Shown: positions 26,381-39,661 of the stretch, in pieces | Layout: each line of letters starts with the position of its first letter | Numbering within the stretch: position 1 is the first letter of the stretch | Assembly: GCA_965644265.1 (NCBI GenBank) | Contig: OZ286462.1 | Location: forward strand, 38,688,001-38,752,000 | Source: Glycera tridactyla | Lineage: Eukaryota | Reading direction: 5' to 3' | DNA length: 64,000 nucleotides | The notes under the pieces: generated by a model | The model's database searches: none | Seen by the model: only the letters and a program-made list of their open reading frames with translations | What the model was told of the DNA's origin: nothing | Made by a program: the position numbers and the translations under genes

Positions 26381-26555
26381 GGTTCAATGGCATGTATTAA
26401 CCCTAGGATTATGTATGCTGTGTGTTCCTGGTTAATCAAAGCTAGATGTTCTCACCCATGCAAACATATCTCTCACTGACCCTGAACACAAATTGATAGG
26501 GAACCAAAGAGGTTGTCAAGTCGGAGTAGCTGACAGTTCGGACACACCTCTACCT
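26381..26555 (-). repeat. Old dispersed repeat (copy 3 of 4)
   Basis: Homologous core; preceded by a TTTG-rich tract, i.e. a (CAAA)n-like tail on the minus strand. Confidence 0.6.
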
Positions 26556-26616
26556 ACTCTCAACGGGGACAGAGGGAGAGACCATATCCTGCCAATCTAT
26601 CCGGAGATCACACAAT

Positions 26617-26848
26617 TTAAGTCAAGTGATCACCACTCGACAATGAGATCACATGACAACGGCATCAAATCGCAGTTGCCACTAGTTGAAAAGAGGGATT
26701 GGATGATTCCCTGTGGAACTACTGAATTACCTTTCAAAACCACAGTGAGTACCGTGAATTCTTCTACTAAGCAGTAGACTCTGAGAATTGATTTTTTTCT
26801 CTACAGAGTCTCACTCACATTGATGATGAAGGGCGTTATTCAGACTAA
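26617..26848 (+). CDS. Candidate penultimate and terminal exons separated by a 62-nt intron (26745-26806)
   Basis: GTGAGT ... CTACTAAG ... ATTTTTTTCTCTACAG; spliced frame ...LPLVEKRDWMIPCGTTELPFKTT|SLTHIDDEGRYSD*; AATAAA at 26955. The 5' acceptor is weak and uncertain. Confidence 0.33.
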
Positions 26849-27061
26849 TACTAAGGCAATTTATGACCTGACAGGATGAGCTACAGAGGTCAAAGGTCAA
26901 TTTCATTAATGGTCACATTGATCACCATCAAAATTACTATTAAGACCTGTTTCCAATAAAGTAAGTGCATGTGAGTCCATGGTCATGTTAATGCATGACA
27001 CGAAGGATTGACTCTGGAGGCAGCCAACCGTGACAGCCAGGCTTGTAAGAGAAGACTACTA

Positions 27062-27221
27062 CAGTCTAACCTGTCCTAGGCAGCAACTATACTGAGCAGA
27101 CACTTTCAAATTTCCCATCATGAGTTTTTCCACTATGATTAACCTGCTCTAAGCAGCCACCTGCCCTAACCAGCCACATTTTGCCTTCCCAAAGGGTGGC
27201 TGCTTAGGACAGGTTTGACTG
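27062..27221. mobile_element. Tc1/mariner-type MITE (CAGTCAAACCTGT family), complete
   Basis: TA|CAGTCTAACCTGTCCTA ... TAGGACAGGTTTGACTG|TA. Confidence 0.9.
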
Positions 27222-28639
27222 TACATCCAAAGTCAAACTGTCCAGGTCACCCAATGGAAGATGGTCGTTGATTTTTTTTTGGTGCGTAAACAAGAGACAA
27301 ACCTTCTTTCTATCAGATCAAGCAGTTTGAAATACAATGAGAGATGCATTATTCATGGACGATTGCAGCATATGCAAAAATGAGACAGACAGGATTTGAT
27401 CAATACATGGACGTACCCTCCCCCCATTTGCCACGCTATACATCACTGTCACCATCTCATACTACTTCCGTGTGATAATTTCGCCATAAAACATGCACCT
27501 CCGATGCTCCTTTTGACTGCTCTTTTCACAGCCTCTCATGCTGTGGGCCTTTTTCATCGAAAGATGGAAAAATTCTCATTTGAAGTTGCATTGAACTACT
27601 TTGTTTTTGGAGAGAAAACGATTCATCCATCTTAGTGAAACCCTTCCACGCGACATCATGATGTGTAGTGTATGAAATATGGCAGGCACGGTGCTAAATA
27701 ATGGCATTATCCTGTTGCGAATCAGTGCCAGGACTGACGTCTCAATAACTAGGTGTCAAGGGGCCCTCTACATCAATGAGCATAGGAGCATTGCAGTTGT
27801 TTGCCACAGATGTAATTTTTCATATCTCATAACGGCAAATGGAGATTCAGCTGCCATAATATTCTTGCCAATTCATCAAAAGACCACAGATTGAATAACA
27901 CTTTTGTTCACTTAGTGCCATATTGCATGGTCCACCTGATTAGATATTGTAAGAAGAGTTGCGCCCTAAATGCGAAACTTTTTTTTGGCAGTGAATTATG
28001 AGAAACTGGTACCATGGAACATCATAAAGCACACCAAGATGCTACTTCCATTCTCCATTGTTATGTCTGAGGTTGAAAAATCCACTTCATTCTGACCTTG
28101 GAAAAATCCAATATATATACATATTATTCTTGGAACAAAAACTCATGAATACCTGAAAAATGCTCTGATTTATTGGAACAACAACTGACAAAAAGTGGCA
28201 CTGACTTCATTGTACAGTAATTAGGGATGCAAATAGTCATTTCACTTTGTAGACCTTCAGTGGGATGCAGTCATATTTTGTATATTTACAAGAATCATTC
28301 GAAACAAAAATCTACTCTGATGTACTACGTCCATCCACTAAATTGTATTGAAAATGTGAAAAAAGATTCAAAAATATTATGATACAATGCCGAATACCAA
28401 GTTATATGGCAAATATAAAAAATAGCCATTCAATGAGCATCATTTCTCATTTGATGATGTAAAAAATGTTTTGTGAATGATGATAAAAATGAGGCATTAT
28501 TAAGTGAGCTGCATATATAGGCCTCTTATTAAGAGGATGAAGACAACAGCCTAACTAATCATACTTTTTGTCTCCACAATGGCATAGCACCACCACTGTG
28601 ATTCTGACAAAGAAGAAAAACTAAACTGCCATCAATCAT

Positions 28640-29797
28640 AGAATCACCTCAATATGCTGGACATTATGAAAAAAAGGAAAAAAGCACACTCCCAATTAGA
28701 CCCCAACAGATTGACCTCCGCTGAATTAAAAGCTGTAGATGACTCTCCATTTGAGAAGTTGCATACCAGACTTATCAAGAGCTCACTGATGGTTCACAAA
28801 AAACCCAGCTCAAATGGTGCTAGACTGGAAGTAGGTCGTATTCCCATGGAATGTTATATCAAATTACAGTCCCTTAAAAATTGGTCGAGAATTTCGAGCC
28901 AGGAGGATGACTCTCTTGTCAAAATTGCCTTGTCTGAGGCAATCAGAATAGATGACTCTGGAACTTACTCCTGGGCTACCTATATAAATGACATTCTCAC
29001 AGATGCTGGCCTGACCACGGATCATTGCAGCCAAAATTTACACGAGAACTCTCCAGACTTCTACACCATTACCTCAAAAATTAGAGCCCACTACACCAAT
29101 ATCAGTCACTACAACCTCCACAATGATGCTGATAGACAAGGAGGCCAGTCTAACAAACTCAGCACCTATCAACAGTTCAAAGATAAATTCCAATTTGAAC
29201 CATACCTACATTATATCAAAAACAATCAGCAGCGGTCAGCTATGGCAAAATTGCGGCTCAGCGCACACAAATTGGAGATAGAAACGGGAAGATATACAAA
29301 AAAAAACCATCAGAAAGGTTTTGTACGAATTGCCCGGGCAAAATTGGGGATGAGCGACATTTCGTTCTTGTATGCTCACGGATTGTGCACCAAAGAAAGG
29401 CATTATTAGAGGTCTGTCATTCCGAAATCCCAAATTCTGATTCTCTTACACAACATAATCAGTTTATCTCCATCATGAGAGCCAACACGCCTGCACTGGC
29501 CATTGCTATAAGCAAATTCTCTTATGATGGCTTCCAAGCACGACTAGGAAAATGAACAACACTGGCACCTAGCAATTATGGTTATGTCCCTTTGACCATA
29601 CACATTATCTGACTTTGACTACATTTGCATTCCTTGTTCTTTTGTATTTTTCTCTTTGATTATATATATATCTAGTCTGATATGTCTCTCCTTGATATGT
29701 TCACTGTAGATGCTTGTTGACAGTAGTGCTGATGTTCGCCAATGGATAAAGCGTCAATAAAGCAGTTTTGTATCTTGTATCTGGTATCTTGTATTTT
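28640..29797 (+). mobile_element. 5'-truncated non-LTR retrotransposon (ORF2 C-terminus, most like RTEX/CR1-group LINEs), frameshifted
   Basis: ORF 28654-29409 contains FEKLH...LEVGRIP and KLSTY...FEPYL...AKLRLSAHKLEIETGRY. After a shift at the A-run 29298-29306 it continues RFCTNCPGKIGDERHFVLVC (CCHC knuckle) to TGA at 29553-29555; AATAAA at 29756 followed by a (GTATCTT)n tail. Clade from motif recall only. Confidence 0.88.
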
Positions 29798-30699
29798 GAT
29801 AAAATATGAAGCAATATGGTGGAGTAAGGTACTTTCTGAGCGGTATTATTATTGTGTTTTCACATGTCCCCAGAGACAATAAAAGACTAGCTTGATATCC
29901 TCACAGACCGCTGTAAGAAACTCTCATAAATACTACAATATTTGACAGAAATGACAGATAACTTTATGAGAACAGCCTAGTTTCATTAGAATGGCTTCTG
30001 AGGACCAACTAACATATCAGAAACATAGTGAGATGTCCCCAAACAGATAGCACCACTCCAATGAGCATACCATATATCAATTTTTCCAACTTTCAATGAT
30101 CTTCTCCAATAATATATGCTGCACAGACATGAGGAATCAATGGCTGGATCAATTTTTGAGACAAGAGACACTGTTGAGTATCATTGCTGCTCTGGTCAAT
30201 GCCAATATGTTACTCCGTATGTGAAAAACTTATTTGACACTCAATTCAATATTGCCTTATCAGGAATTCCTCCTGAAGAACAATATCTAGATTCATTCAG
30301 AGACAACATATCTGCTTAGTACTATGAACAGACAAGAGAAAGCAATGTATACCTGGGTGGGGACGCATTGCATTTCATCACCAACATTCAGTTGTAATAT
30401 ATAGCCATGATAACAAAGTCCAATAAATTATTAAATCTGAGATAGTAGGAATTGGTGTGAATCCATTCGTTGCTTTAAGCTTCCATGATCGGGTTCATGC
30501 ACCCAGCTGTCATGAATAATATGAATTTCTTTCATGAATGCATTTTTGCTTTTTTTTCATACTTTCACTCATGAATGTGGTCAAAATGAGGTACATCTTG
30601 CTTAAAGAACTTCTGCTATTTCTAAACTATTGGTTGCCCTCATTGGCTGATATCCTCATGAGGATAGTAGCATTGCAATGGTCTTGCTAAACCTGTGTA

Positions 30700-31010
30700 T
30701 AAAGAATAGGCGAAAGCTTATGATTCCATTGAAAACTGACTGATACTGTTGAAAGCCTAGCAGGTAACACCTAGAGGGCAAAATACCTTTCAAGGAGAAG
30801 GATGGATTTTCTGTGGTCTTGTTAGAATAGTTGGACAAGATACATCTCATACTGGAGAACACTCGAGATCTTCAGACAGTGGATAAAATAGCATCAAATA
30901 TTTGATAGACTCTTACAACTCTAGGGACATATCAAAAACATTTACAAAACAGATATTTCCAGGCAAGTTCTCAAAGGCTGTACCACATTTCAAGCTGCTG
31001 ATGACGTTTT
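30700..31010 (+). pseudogene. Heavily decayed LINE reverse-transcriptase relic
   Basis: AKAYDSI..LILLK at 30710 (cf. DxSKAFDxVDHxILL) and QAADD at ~30997 (cf. YADD), ~290 nt apart as expected; many stops. Confidence 0.35.
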
Positions 31011-31504
31011 AGAAGCAACACAAGTGGCTATGCAGACAGTGCTTCACATATGACTGCAAATCAGCAAATATAGAATTTACTGTCATGATGTTTTCTTCAA
31101 CACCAAGTAAGATGAGGACATGATGGATACTTTAGCTGAATCTCATGTAGTAGGCATGTACCTGTTTTAAATACGGTATTTACTATTGTGTCTTGCTTCA
31201 GCTGCATGCTTAGGACAAGTTTGCGAGTAATAGGAGACAGGACTTTTTACAAATCTGCACATTGTGCAACTACAAATGAAACACAGGCACAATGATAAGA
31301 AGCCAGATGAGTTGCTAGCTCCCAACAAGAAACATTTTTCTTAGGAGTATGTGAAGCTCTGGTATAGGTCAAGCCAACATTGTGATGATCTCAGTACTTC
31401 ATATTTGTACTCATTACTTTGTACTCTACACTTTGTACTGTACCCTCTAACTCAAATAAGTAATGACTTAAAATTCTTTCACCATAATGTTCAATGCTTA
31501 TATC

Positions 31505-31730
31505 CAGGGCTCTACACTAAGGGTTGCCCTACTGGCACAGGCAGGTGGATTTGTTGATCAGGTAGGTGATTTTATGAGTCTGCCTGCCCCGATGGGTAGG
31601 TACCTCACCATTATTTATCCTATGATCATATGCAGAAGGGCAGGTGTGAAAGATGACAGGGAGGGCAGGTGAAAATCCCACTCCACCTACCCGAAGAACA
31701 ACTGAAGAAGTAAGTTATTGTAGAGCCCTG
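31505..31730. mobile_element. hAT-like MITE with 5-bp TSD
   Basis: TIR CAGGGCTCTACACTAA / TTATTGTAGAGCCCTG (1 mismatch); ATATC flanks both ends. Confidence 0.8.
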
Positions 31731-34404
31731 ATATCAGTGATCATAAAAGAAGCCCTCTAATATCAGAAGACATCAAATAATGTACAGAATGGTTGTGATT
31801 ACAGATTGTGGATCGCTAAACAATAATATGTATGGTAGTGTGGGAATCCATCATATCTTTCTCGAATTGCATCCAAAACACAGACATCGGTCATATGCAG
31901 CAAGAACAAAAATCCATACACTATCAGAATTGTGCTGTTAGTGATGTCATAGGTCCTTTTTAGTCTTCACAACAGGTCTGATGAAGCTACTAGCACACAA
32001 CCACCTCTACACATGATACTGGCATAAATACTGCCATAAAGACCAGACTAGCGAACTGATATCTTTGTTGTCCAGCATGTTGTTAGCATGGTCAAAGTAG
32101 TGAGACAGCTTGCATGAAAGATGAACTGATAAATCAAGGTAATTGGTTCTTTATGCCCTATCTTAACGCATGAAGTACAACAGAGACATTTGACCTGTAT
32201 GAAATGTTGAGAACTGACTCAACTACATGGAGTTTGATAAATTGACATATAGTAGGTAGTGGGAATAAGAACACAATTTCTCAGTCGTTGATATTGATAA
32301 CCTCACACAAAATATGCATGCAATATGGAATGTAAACTGAGTTTGTCTTATTGACAACCTATGAAGAGGACATGCAACTGTTGCCTCCCCTTTTCTGATT
32401 CCCAATGTACATCCTTTATTAGAAGGATAATTGAAATATGAGTTGCATTTATCTTTCCTCATCAAATAGTATACAACATCAATGATATCAACAACTCAAG
32501 TGATGTGAACTGATTGATTTAAAATAATATCGAGAATATCTGATGTCGTCAGGCAACAACTGACAATCATCTTGCAATAATTTCATACGGAGACATGAAA
32601 TTTCGAAATTTCCAAGACTGGAATTCTGAGTGATTGCTTTCAGTGAATCATCTGAACTGGAAAGAAATCCTAGCCTTGTACCTATTTTCCTATGGAGAAT
32701 AAAATAGGAATAAAGTCACTCCAGCACCTCTAACATTTTTGTTAGATGTGATACACTTTTAACATATTCACTGGGGTGATAGTTATCATACAAGGAGCAT
32801 CTCACTTTCAATCTCTACTAATACACAGGTACACTTGATTATTCTGCATGGCTGATATACTGGAACCGCTCATAAGATTCTGCCCTGCTGCCTTGCATTG
32901 CGACCTTATTTTCATGGGCTGCAAACATTAGTGATGAGCTCATTATATCATCATCATCGTTTGCTCTGTGGGTGTAGAAATGTAGGAAATTCTCTCTTTC
33001 CCCCTATCTCTCCTTCCTCCACTAATTATTGCTACCTTCATTTAGAGTTTTTGTTTCAAGACAAATTGAGGCCCACAGGCCTAGTTTCAAACATGTGTGA
33101 TATCCCACTCGCAAGAGACAACCTACTCATACCAGAACTAATATTGCTTTCTCAAAGTTGAAAGAAAATGGTTCTACATGAATGATCATCTTCATTCGTT
33201 ATGATGGTTCTTAACCATTCTTGTTGTTGTTGTCAATAATGTTCGTGGATTTGTGGTAGTTGTGGTTTTCATGGTCATGCTAACCACTGACACAAACTCC
33301 GCTACCCACTGCCACCTTGAAAAAGTGGCCTTTTGATGCACATGCCATCATTCATTTTTAATATGGGAAGTGTCCAGGAGCATTTCAGGTGGGCATGCAC
33401 ACAATATTTCAATATATGACATACTTGTGGTTGCGGAACAATGGGACGTCAACCACCAACTGCCATCATTTGAGAGATCACACAAATGTGGTGAAACACC
33501 AATCCGAGCAAATTCTAATCCCTGTCTATAATTGGCGGTGATTAGGACGGATTGGCAACTGTTAATTTGATAACTGGTTAATTACTGTGGTTATAACTGA
33601 GGTCTGATTGCACTGTGATAAATTACCCTGAATCCACTTTCCATGTCTGCAACCAACAGATGTGGTATCAGTGATTGATGATGCATACATTGCTCCTTTG
33701 CAATCTAACAATCACAGATATCATTTCAAACAAATCAAAGTGACCCACAAATGATTTTTCAGGTTTGAATCCCTTTGGTGGGAAAAACAGTTTTCTTGCA
33801 TCCCAAAAAAGCAAGATTCCCAGTGGCATTGACATCGGATTCCTCTTGCAATCTGACCTTGTGAAACCTCAAGGCAGTCCCATCTGATTGGATATGGGTC
33901 TGGAATTTCCCAACTAGGGAAAATGTAAAGAATTTTGAGCACACATATGTAGTTTCCAATGCCATGTTACACATTTATTGTGCCCCAACCATGTAATTTG
34001 TATCAAACTATATGATTTTTCTAACCATCAGGCATATCATATATGCCTGAGTGATTTTTCTGAATTTATGTGTCTTTTGGCTTAGGATTTTTGACAGTCA
34101 TTTTAGTGATGATTATGGGTTAATGTGTTTGCCAATCATTGATTGCTATTTCAGTGATGGGCATGGGTTTATGTTTTTCATGCTTCAATGAATCAGCTGA
34201 GACGCAGGGGTGATTGAGAAATTCCTGAGATATTGCAGACGATTTTCCATATCTCATGTCGTTAATGCAGATTTTGGTATGTTTGATTGTGTATCCAACA
34301 CCTATAACAATATCGAATTTTTGAACAAGATGATATTCACGGAAACAAAACAAATGTTATCAAAGATGGAGGAAAGAACTTGACCTTTAATTCGAGTTGC
34401 ATTT

Positions 34405-36620
34405 TGATACCAATACCATCACTATGGTTGCCATGGCAACCACGGAAACCAGGAATTTCATCTCATCATTTCATATATGGCCAATTCTCCCAAATTGGGG
34501 CCAAAAAATGGCAAATAGGGTCACTTTTTCAAACAATCCTGTTTGATAAACCATTATTGCCATACAGTTCTACCACTTGTTGGGTCTTTATACCAAAAAA
34601 ATTGGGGAGATCTGCTGAGCCAAAAAATAATTATCACTGTTTTCATGAGTGGGGGTCGTCAGCCGTTGCGTATGTTACTTTTTTATAGGAATCTCTCAAA
34701 AACACTCATAAATTGCTCTGAATTAACATTTATCATTATAAATCAATAAACTTTGTTCCAGGATGTCATTCTACACTACTTATTTCCTTCTCAAGGTCAG
34801 TCATTGAAAAAGATTTGAGCCAGAAATACAATGTCCGTCCTCAATCCTCAGGCACTGTCTTCAAGTTTTTTTTTCTAAGCAATTACAATGAGCATAAGTA
34901 CCAAACTCATTATTCCAATTGAATACATATTGATGAGATGATGGGAACAGGGTTTTGTCATTCTCTGGAAAAGTTGGGAAGTAATGAACATCATCTTATA
35001 TGTATGTTATTTTATGTGACGTATGTTACTGCTGACGTCATTTTGTACACCCGAGTTATCTCATGTAAATTTCATTCAGTAATTGCCACCAAAAGTAGCT
35101 AGTAGCTACATTTATCTTCACAGTAATCCAAATTTACATAATATCATTGAATAGGCTTGAAAACATTTGGACTTTCCAAGTTATCTGATTTTATATGACC
35201 ACTCTCAAGAAAAAAAGTCAAGGATAACATACATATTGGGTTGTAGCTCGTGCAGATTATGTCAAAATAACATACATATGCTCACATCATCCATATTCCT
35301 ATACCACAGTGATCATTTGTGACTATCAGTGGATGAAAAAGCATGGATCATTCAAATGTTGAGCAACCGTACAACAAGGTCAACTTTATCCTGAGGTCCC
35401 TTGGCTTAGTATCACCTAGTATATATGTATGTTATGCAAAGTTTGCATGTTACTATAATTTTTCAATTGACATTCATGCACTTTTTTATCAACTATAAAC
35501 CAAATTATGAACTAAACCGGAAAAATATATAGTGTCATGAATGCATGGGGATCACATTTAAAGGAGTGATCAATCCAAGATGGCACTTGTTGCTTGTAAA
35601 CATGCTAAAACTCTGACCATAGGTATGTTATCCATTGACGGAAATGTCACCCTTTAAGTGCCAAATCATTTTTTAGAGGTTGTTTATCACCTTGTTGAAT
35701 CTTTTGAGCACTGGGTTGGTCATTGTAACGATATTTTCAAATGATCTGATGGTGATACACGAGTTGATTCATAGCAGAAATCAGTGGGATTGAATGGTGA
35801 ACTTGCACTCAACGGAATGGTAGTAACATACTGTGACGCAGTTCAGAGATATCAGGGAGCTATTTATCTCTAACTTTTTTCATGTCCCAAGGTTGTAAAA
35901 TGAAGCCCTGCTATTGATTGTCAAGACTGAGTATGTTTGAGATCTTGGGATTATCTCAATTTGATATAGCACATCACCAAAGTAGGGTGGGGTCTGGTGT
36001 TACATTTTGTGCGGTCAAAAATGGCCAATTTTGGCCATTAAATTGCCTCTAACTTCACCAAAATTAGAGATATTCCTATCAAAATTGGACCAACTATTGT
36101 TTGAATCACATTACATCAGTCACCATGTCCAAATTCTGGTTGAAAGCTGCTGAATTCACATAAGATACGTTTTTCGGTAGCTGGCCCCAATTTCGGAGAA
36201 TTGGCCATATATATGTCCCTGGCGCCATGTCTTGTGGATATTTACATGAATGATTTGCTCTTGATTTTGTAGAAGGGGTTGACCATGATCATAAGAGACA
36301 TGTAATTTTTTGAGATCCTTCATTCTCATGATGATATTTCAATTCAAATTCCCTAAAATATGCATTTTTCTTAATCTTTTTGACTCAGAAATCCAATCCT
36401 GATGAAAATAATCCAAAAATAAGAAAGTTACATCTTTAATGTTGCATGAGAAATGTTCCTTTATGGAATGGAATTATCATTTGGTGAGTTGGCATGTAGG
36501 AGACATGGCGCTAGGTCAAAATGAGTGAGGATTCCGTAAAATATAGGTAGCTTGGTTGCCATGGCAACCATTGTCATGGTATTGGGTCTGAGATATGCCG
36601 TAAAGTTTCTCATTAGGCCA
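34405..36620. mobile_element. Decayed long-inverted-repeat DNA element (or two related elements in opposite orientation)
   Basis: 34409-34443 is inverted at 36553-36586 (both contain GGTTGCCATGGCAACC); 34474-34503 is inverted at 36182-36212; right end TTAGGCC as in the 46895-48554 foldback. Arms are not colinear. Confidence 0.45.
35562..35653. mobile_element. Short TTAA-flanked MITE (Kolobok-like)
   Basis: TTAA|AGGAGTGA ... TCACCCT|TTAA. Confidence 0.45.
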
Positions 36621-36774
36621 ATTCATTGATACCATTCAGTTTTTTGTAATGATAGACACCCTTCCCAAATACTGGATGCATCATATATTTGATTCCTAGC
36701 TTTGACATCATTGCAATCTGCATTAAAGACATGAGGAGTGTATGGATCGCAACCTGTGACAAAGACACACCTGC

Positions 36775-37028
36775 CAGTGTCTAATCCAGAGGGTGACGTA
36801 GGGGCAAATGGCCCCACAAACCTGATATAGGAGGCCCTTCGTTTCTGGATTTTTCCTATCAGAAAGACCAAATTGATGCATTTGAATGACATTGCCTATT
36901 GTGCTTCCAGAGTGTTTTCACCTGGCCACACTAACAAGCTCATTTGTCAGAAAAATGGATTTGCCTGAGAAAAACCCTCCCTCCAAGACACCCTACCCCC
37001 CTGAAGTCAATTTCTGGATTGGACACTG
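36775..37028. mobile_element. hAT-like MITE with 6-bp TSD
   Basis: TIR CAGTGTCTAATCCAGA / TCTGGATTGGACACTG (1 mismatch); ACCTGC flanks both ends. Confidence 0.85.
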
Positions 37029-37058
37029 ACCTGCTACTATCATTGCTTCATGGATATA

Positions 37059-37124
37059 CAGACAAACCTGTTCTAAGCAGCCACATTTGGGGGGAGCAGG
37101 TGGCGACTCAGGACAGGTTTATTA
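37059..37124. mobile_element. Internally deleted Tc1/mariner-type MITE
   Basis: TA|CAGACAAACCTGTTCTAAGCAGCCAC ... CAGGACAGGTTTATTA|TA. Confidence 0.55.
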
Positions 37125-38249
37125 TAGTGGAACAACTGCCAGTGGGAAATTCAAGTGGCAGCTTAATACAGGGGTTGCTTAAGCTGTATCTGAAATGAGT
37201 AAGCACCAGACTTGTGAGAATGAATTTGTGAAAATAAAAGGTTCTTGCTAATTCTAGAATCCACTGTACCTCAATTATTCTGCAGTAAATGCTGTGAAAC
37301 ATGATCTACCATGTAAAATGCTTTTAAAAAGACATGTGATCTCAGGCAGGGTTTGATTTAGTTTCTGATGTATGTATGTTGAAGGAACATGAAACACAGG
37401 AATCGATCATAGTTACATCAAAACACCAGCTGATTCCGAGATAGAAGCTGGCACCGCCAGTAGTGGTGAATCCATGGTGTGATACAACTAATGAATGCAG
37501 CGTATGATGGCAGTAATGATGGATGGTGATGGATATCAGTGATGCTGCGGCAACCGATTATAACATCACACACCCCAATCAGTCAGCCGACCCTTTACCT
37601 ATCATTGCGTGAGATGCAAACCCTTCTGTCTGCCTGGCATGAGAGTGTAAAACCTGCGCTCATCACTATGCATCTGATCAACACTAGAAGTAATCATTTG
37701 GATTCTCTCATCTAGACATCTGACAAGAACATCACCATATATCAACGGCTACACACCAGAAAATACTATTTTCACAGATTGGTCACTGACCACACGTATC
37801 ATCCCATGACATCATGTACGCCCTGTGTTCTACAATCAGTCCACACTCGCTTGTGATGTCTGTTCTTCAGAACCAGAGCTGATGTTTGTTCACCAGACAA
37901 ATTTTGAAATCAGTGAGTGAATTGGTTGAACCCAGTACAGATCCTAAAGCCGTTTCTCTATGCTTGCTTCCCCAATGCATGAATGCCAGCCCTGACCTGG
38001 AATTATGCTTTATGACACGGCATCCCGATAATATACACACCAAAAGTCACTTCAAATATGAGGGATGTCCCCCATATTTCCGGCAGTAGAACTATATATA
38101 TATCACAATATCATGTTTTTTATTGCACCATCTTACTAACACAGACAAATGTTTGATTCAGCCATTTCACAGCTGGTTATTGAAGTAGAAGTGAGCTATT
38201 GCTCCATGATGAAATCAACCAGGCATTACATAATGCAGGGAAGAACACT

Positions 38250-38510
38250 GAGCCAGGTAGAGTTTGGCTGTCTCAAAATATGTCAAAAAACTGCATGTAA
38301 AAACCATCAAATGACAGAAAATCAAAAGTCGCAGGGTCAAACAAATATGCCTATGCACACTTACACCTCATTGGGAGTGCACATACCAAAAATGGGCAGT
38401 GTAGCATCAACACAGTGGACACAGTGCATTCCGCAAAAAAGTGTTTGCGGACAGACGGACAGACAGACTGAATCCAGTATGCCCCCCTACCTTCGGTTGG
38501 GGGGCATAAT
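38250..38510 (-). mobile_element. HINE-like element end (family C)
   Basis: (GACA/GACG)n at ~38450-38469 followed by hairpin TATGCCCCCC...GGGGGGCATA 38478-38508; left boundary unresolved. Confidence 0.6.
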
Positions 38511-39544
38511 TATCACAACAGGGGTATAAAGGTCTGAACCTGCTGAAAACATGGCCTCTATCTTTTCAATAAATTCTGCCAGATACTTGATTCATAACAC
38601 CTTGATTCATAACCATCTTAATTCGATATTATTTGATTCGAAGTGTTCTAACTGCCCTTCTCATCAATACAAAGCCGGTACAAGACCGAGGTTTTAATGG
38701 TATAAACATTTTATCAGGTCACATGCTCCTCAGTCAACCAGCCTGCTCTTGGCAAAACAATGATAAAACTAGATGGATATGTGACTCGTATATATGTTAG
38801 ATGTTGTAATTGGTGGTGGTGTACTAATATTCCATTCTCTATATATGTTTTAGCATAATGTCAATGGTCATTCGCAGATAATGAAATGATAGTGCTAGCT
38901 TGACCTGGGGCCATGAGGCAAAGAGTTAAAACCAGCCATGAAAAAAAACAAGAGGGAATCCAATACAGTTGCATAACAGCTAGAAATAGCAGGTAATCGT
39001 GTGCACTGATTCAAACAGCTAAGGACTGGTAAGGGTGTCAGCTGAGCAGGGGTTTCTCCGCACTTCAATGCATCCTGAAGAGATGCACTCAAGCACAATG
39101 CATCACCCTTGCCGCTAATCTGGCCCTTTACAAATCCACTTCCTACACATGCCTCTATTTCAGGGAGTCAGCCCTTGACATAGTGGAAAGTGACTTTGAG
39201 TCAAGTACATCATGCCACAATGACATGAGTATATGCTTGAATGTTCATATAACACATGTGGAGAAGTAATTTTGATGTGAGGATTGAATACCTTGAACAC
39301 TTGGTACCTGAACTACAGTCAAGCATGCACCATCTAAAGGTGATATTTGTAGACAGATGGTTTCAATACAGAGGTTGTTCACTGTAGGATCTATAACTAC
39401 AAGTGTCATATCTTGAGGGGAAACATTTGATGAGATACGCCTCAAAACTTATGAGCAAAAGACTGACATCGTCTATATTTGAAACCTGACCATCGAGAAA
39501 CATTGCCTACAGTGTATGCTTTTTTGTTTGTTTGTTTGTTTGAG

Positions 39545-39661
39545 ATTCAACAGTATGTATCGAACAATGATAATGTATGCTGTCTGTTCCTGGTCAATGA
39601 AAGCTAGATGTTCTCTCCCCTGCAGACATCACTCTCACAAACACTGAACACAAGATGATGC
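39545..39661 (-). repeat. Old dispersed repeat (copy 4 of 4)
   Basis: Homologous core; preceded by (TTTG)n. Confidence 0.6.

Noticed and set aside
26807-26848. SLTHIDDEGR resembles the MoaC/MOCS1B start (LTHxDxxG)
   Set aside because: No following MVDV motif, and the frame stops three codons later.
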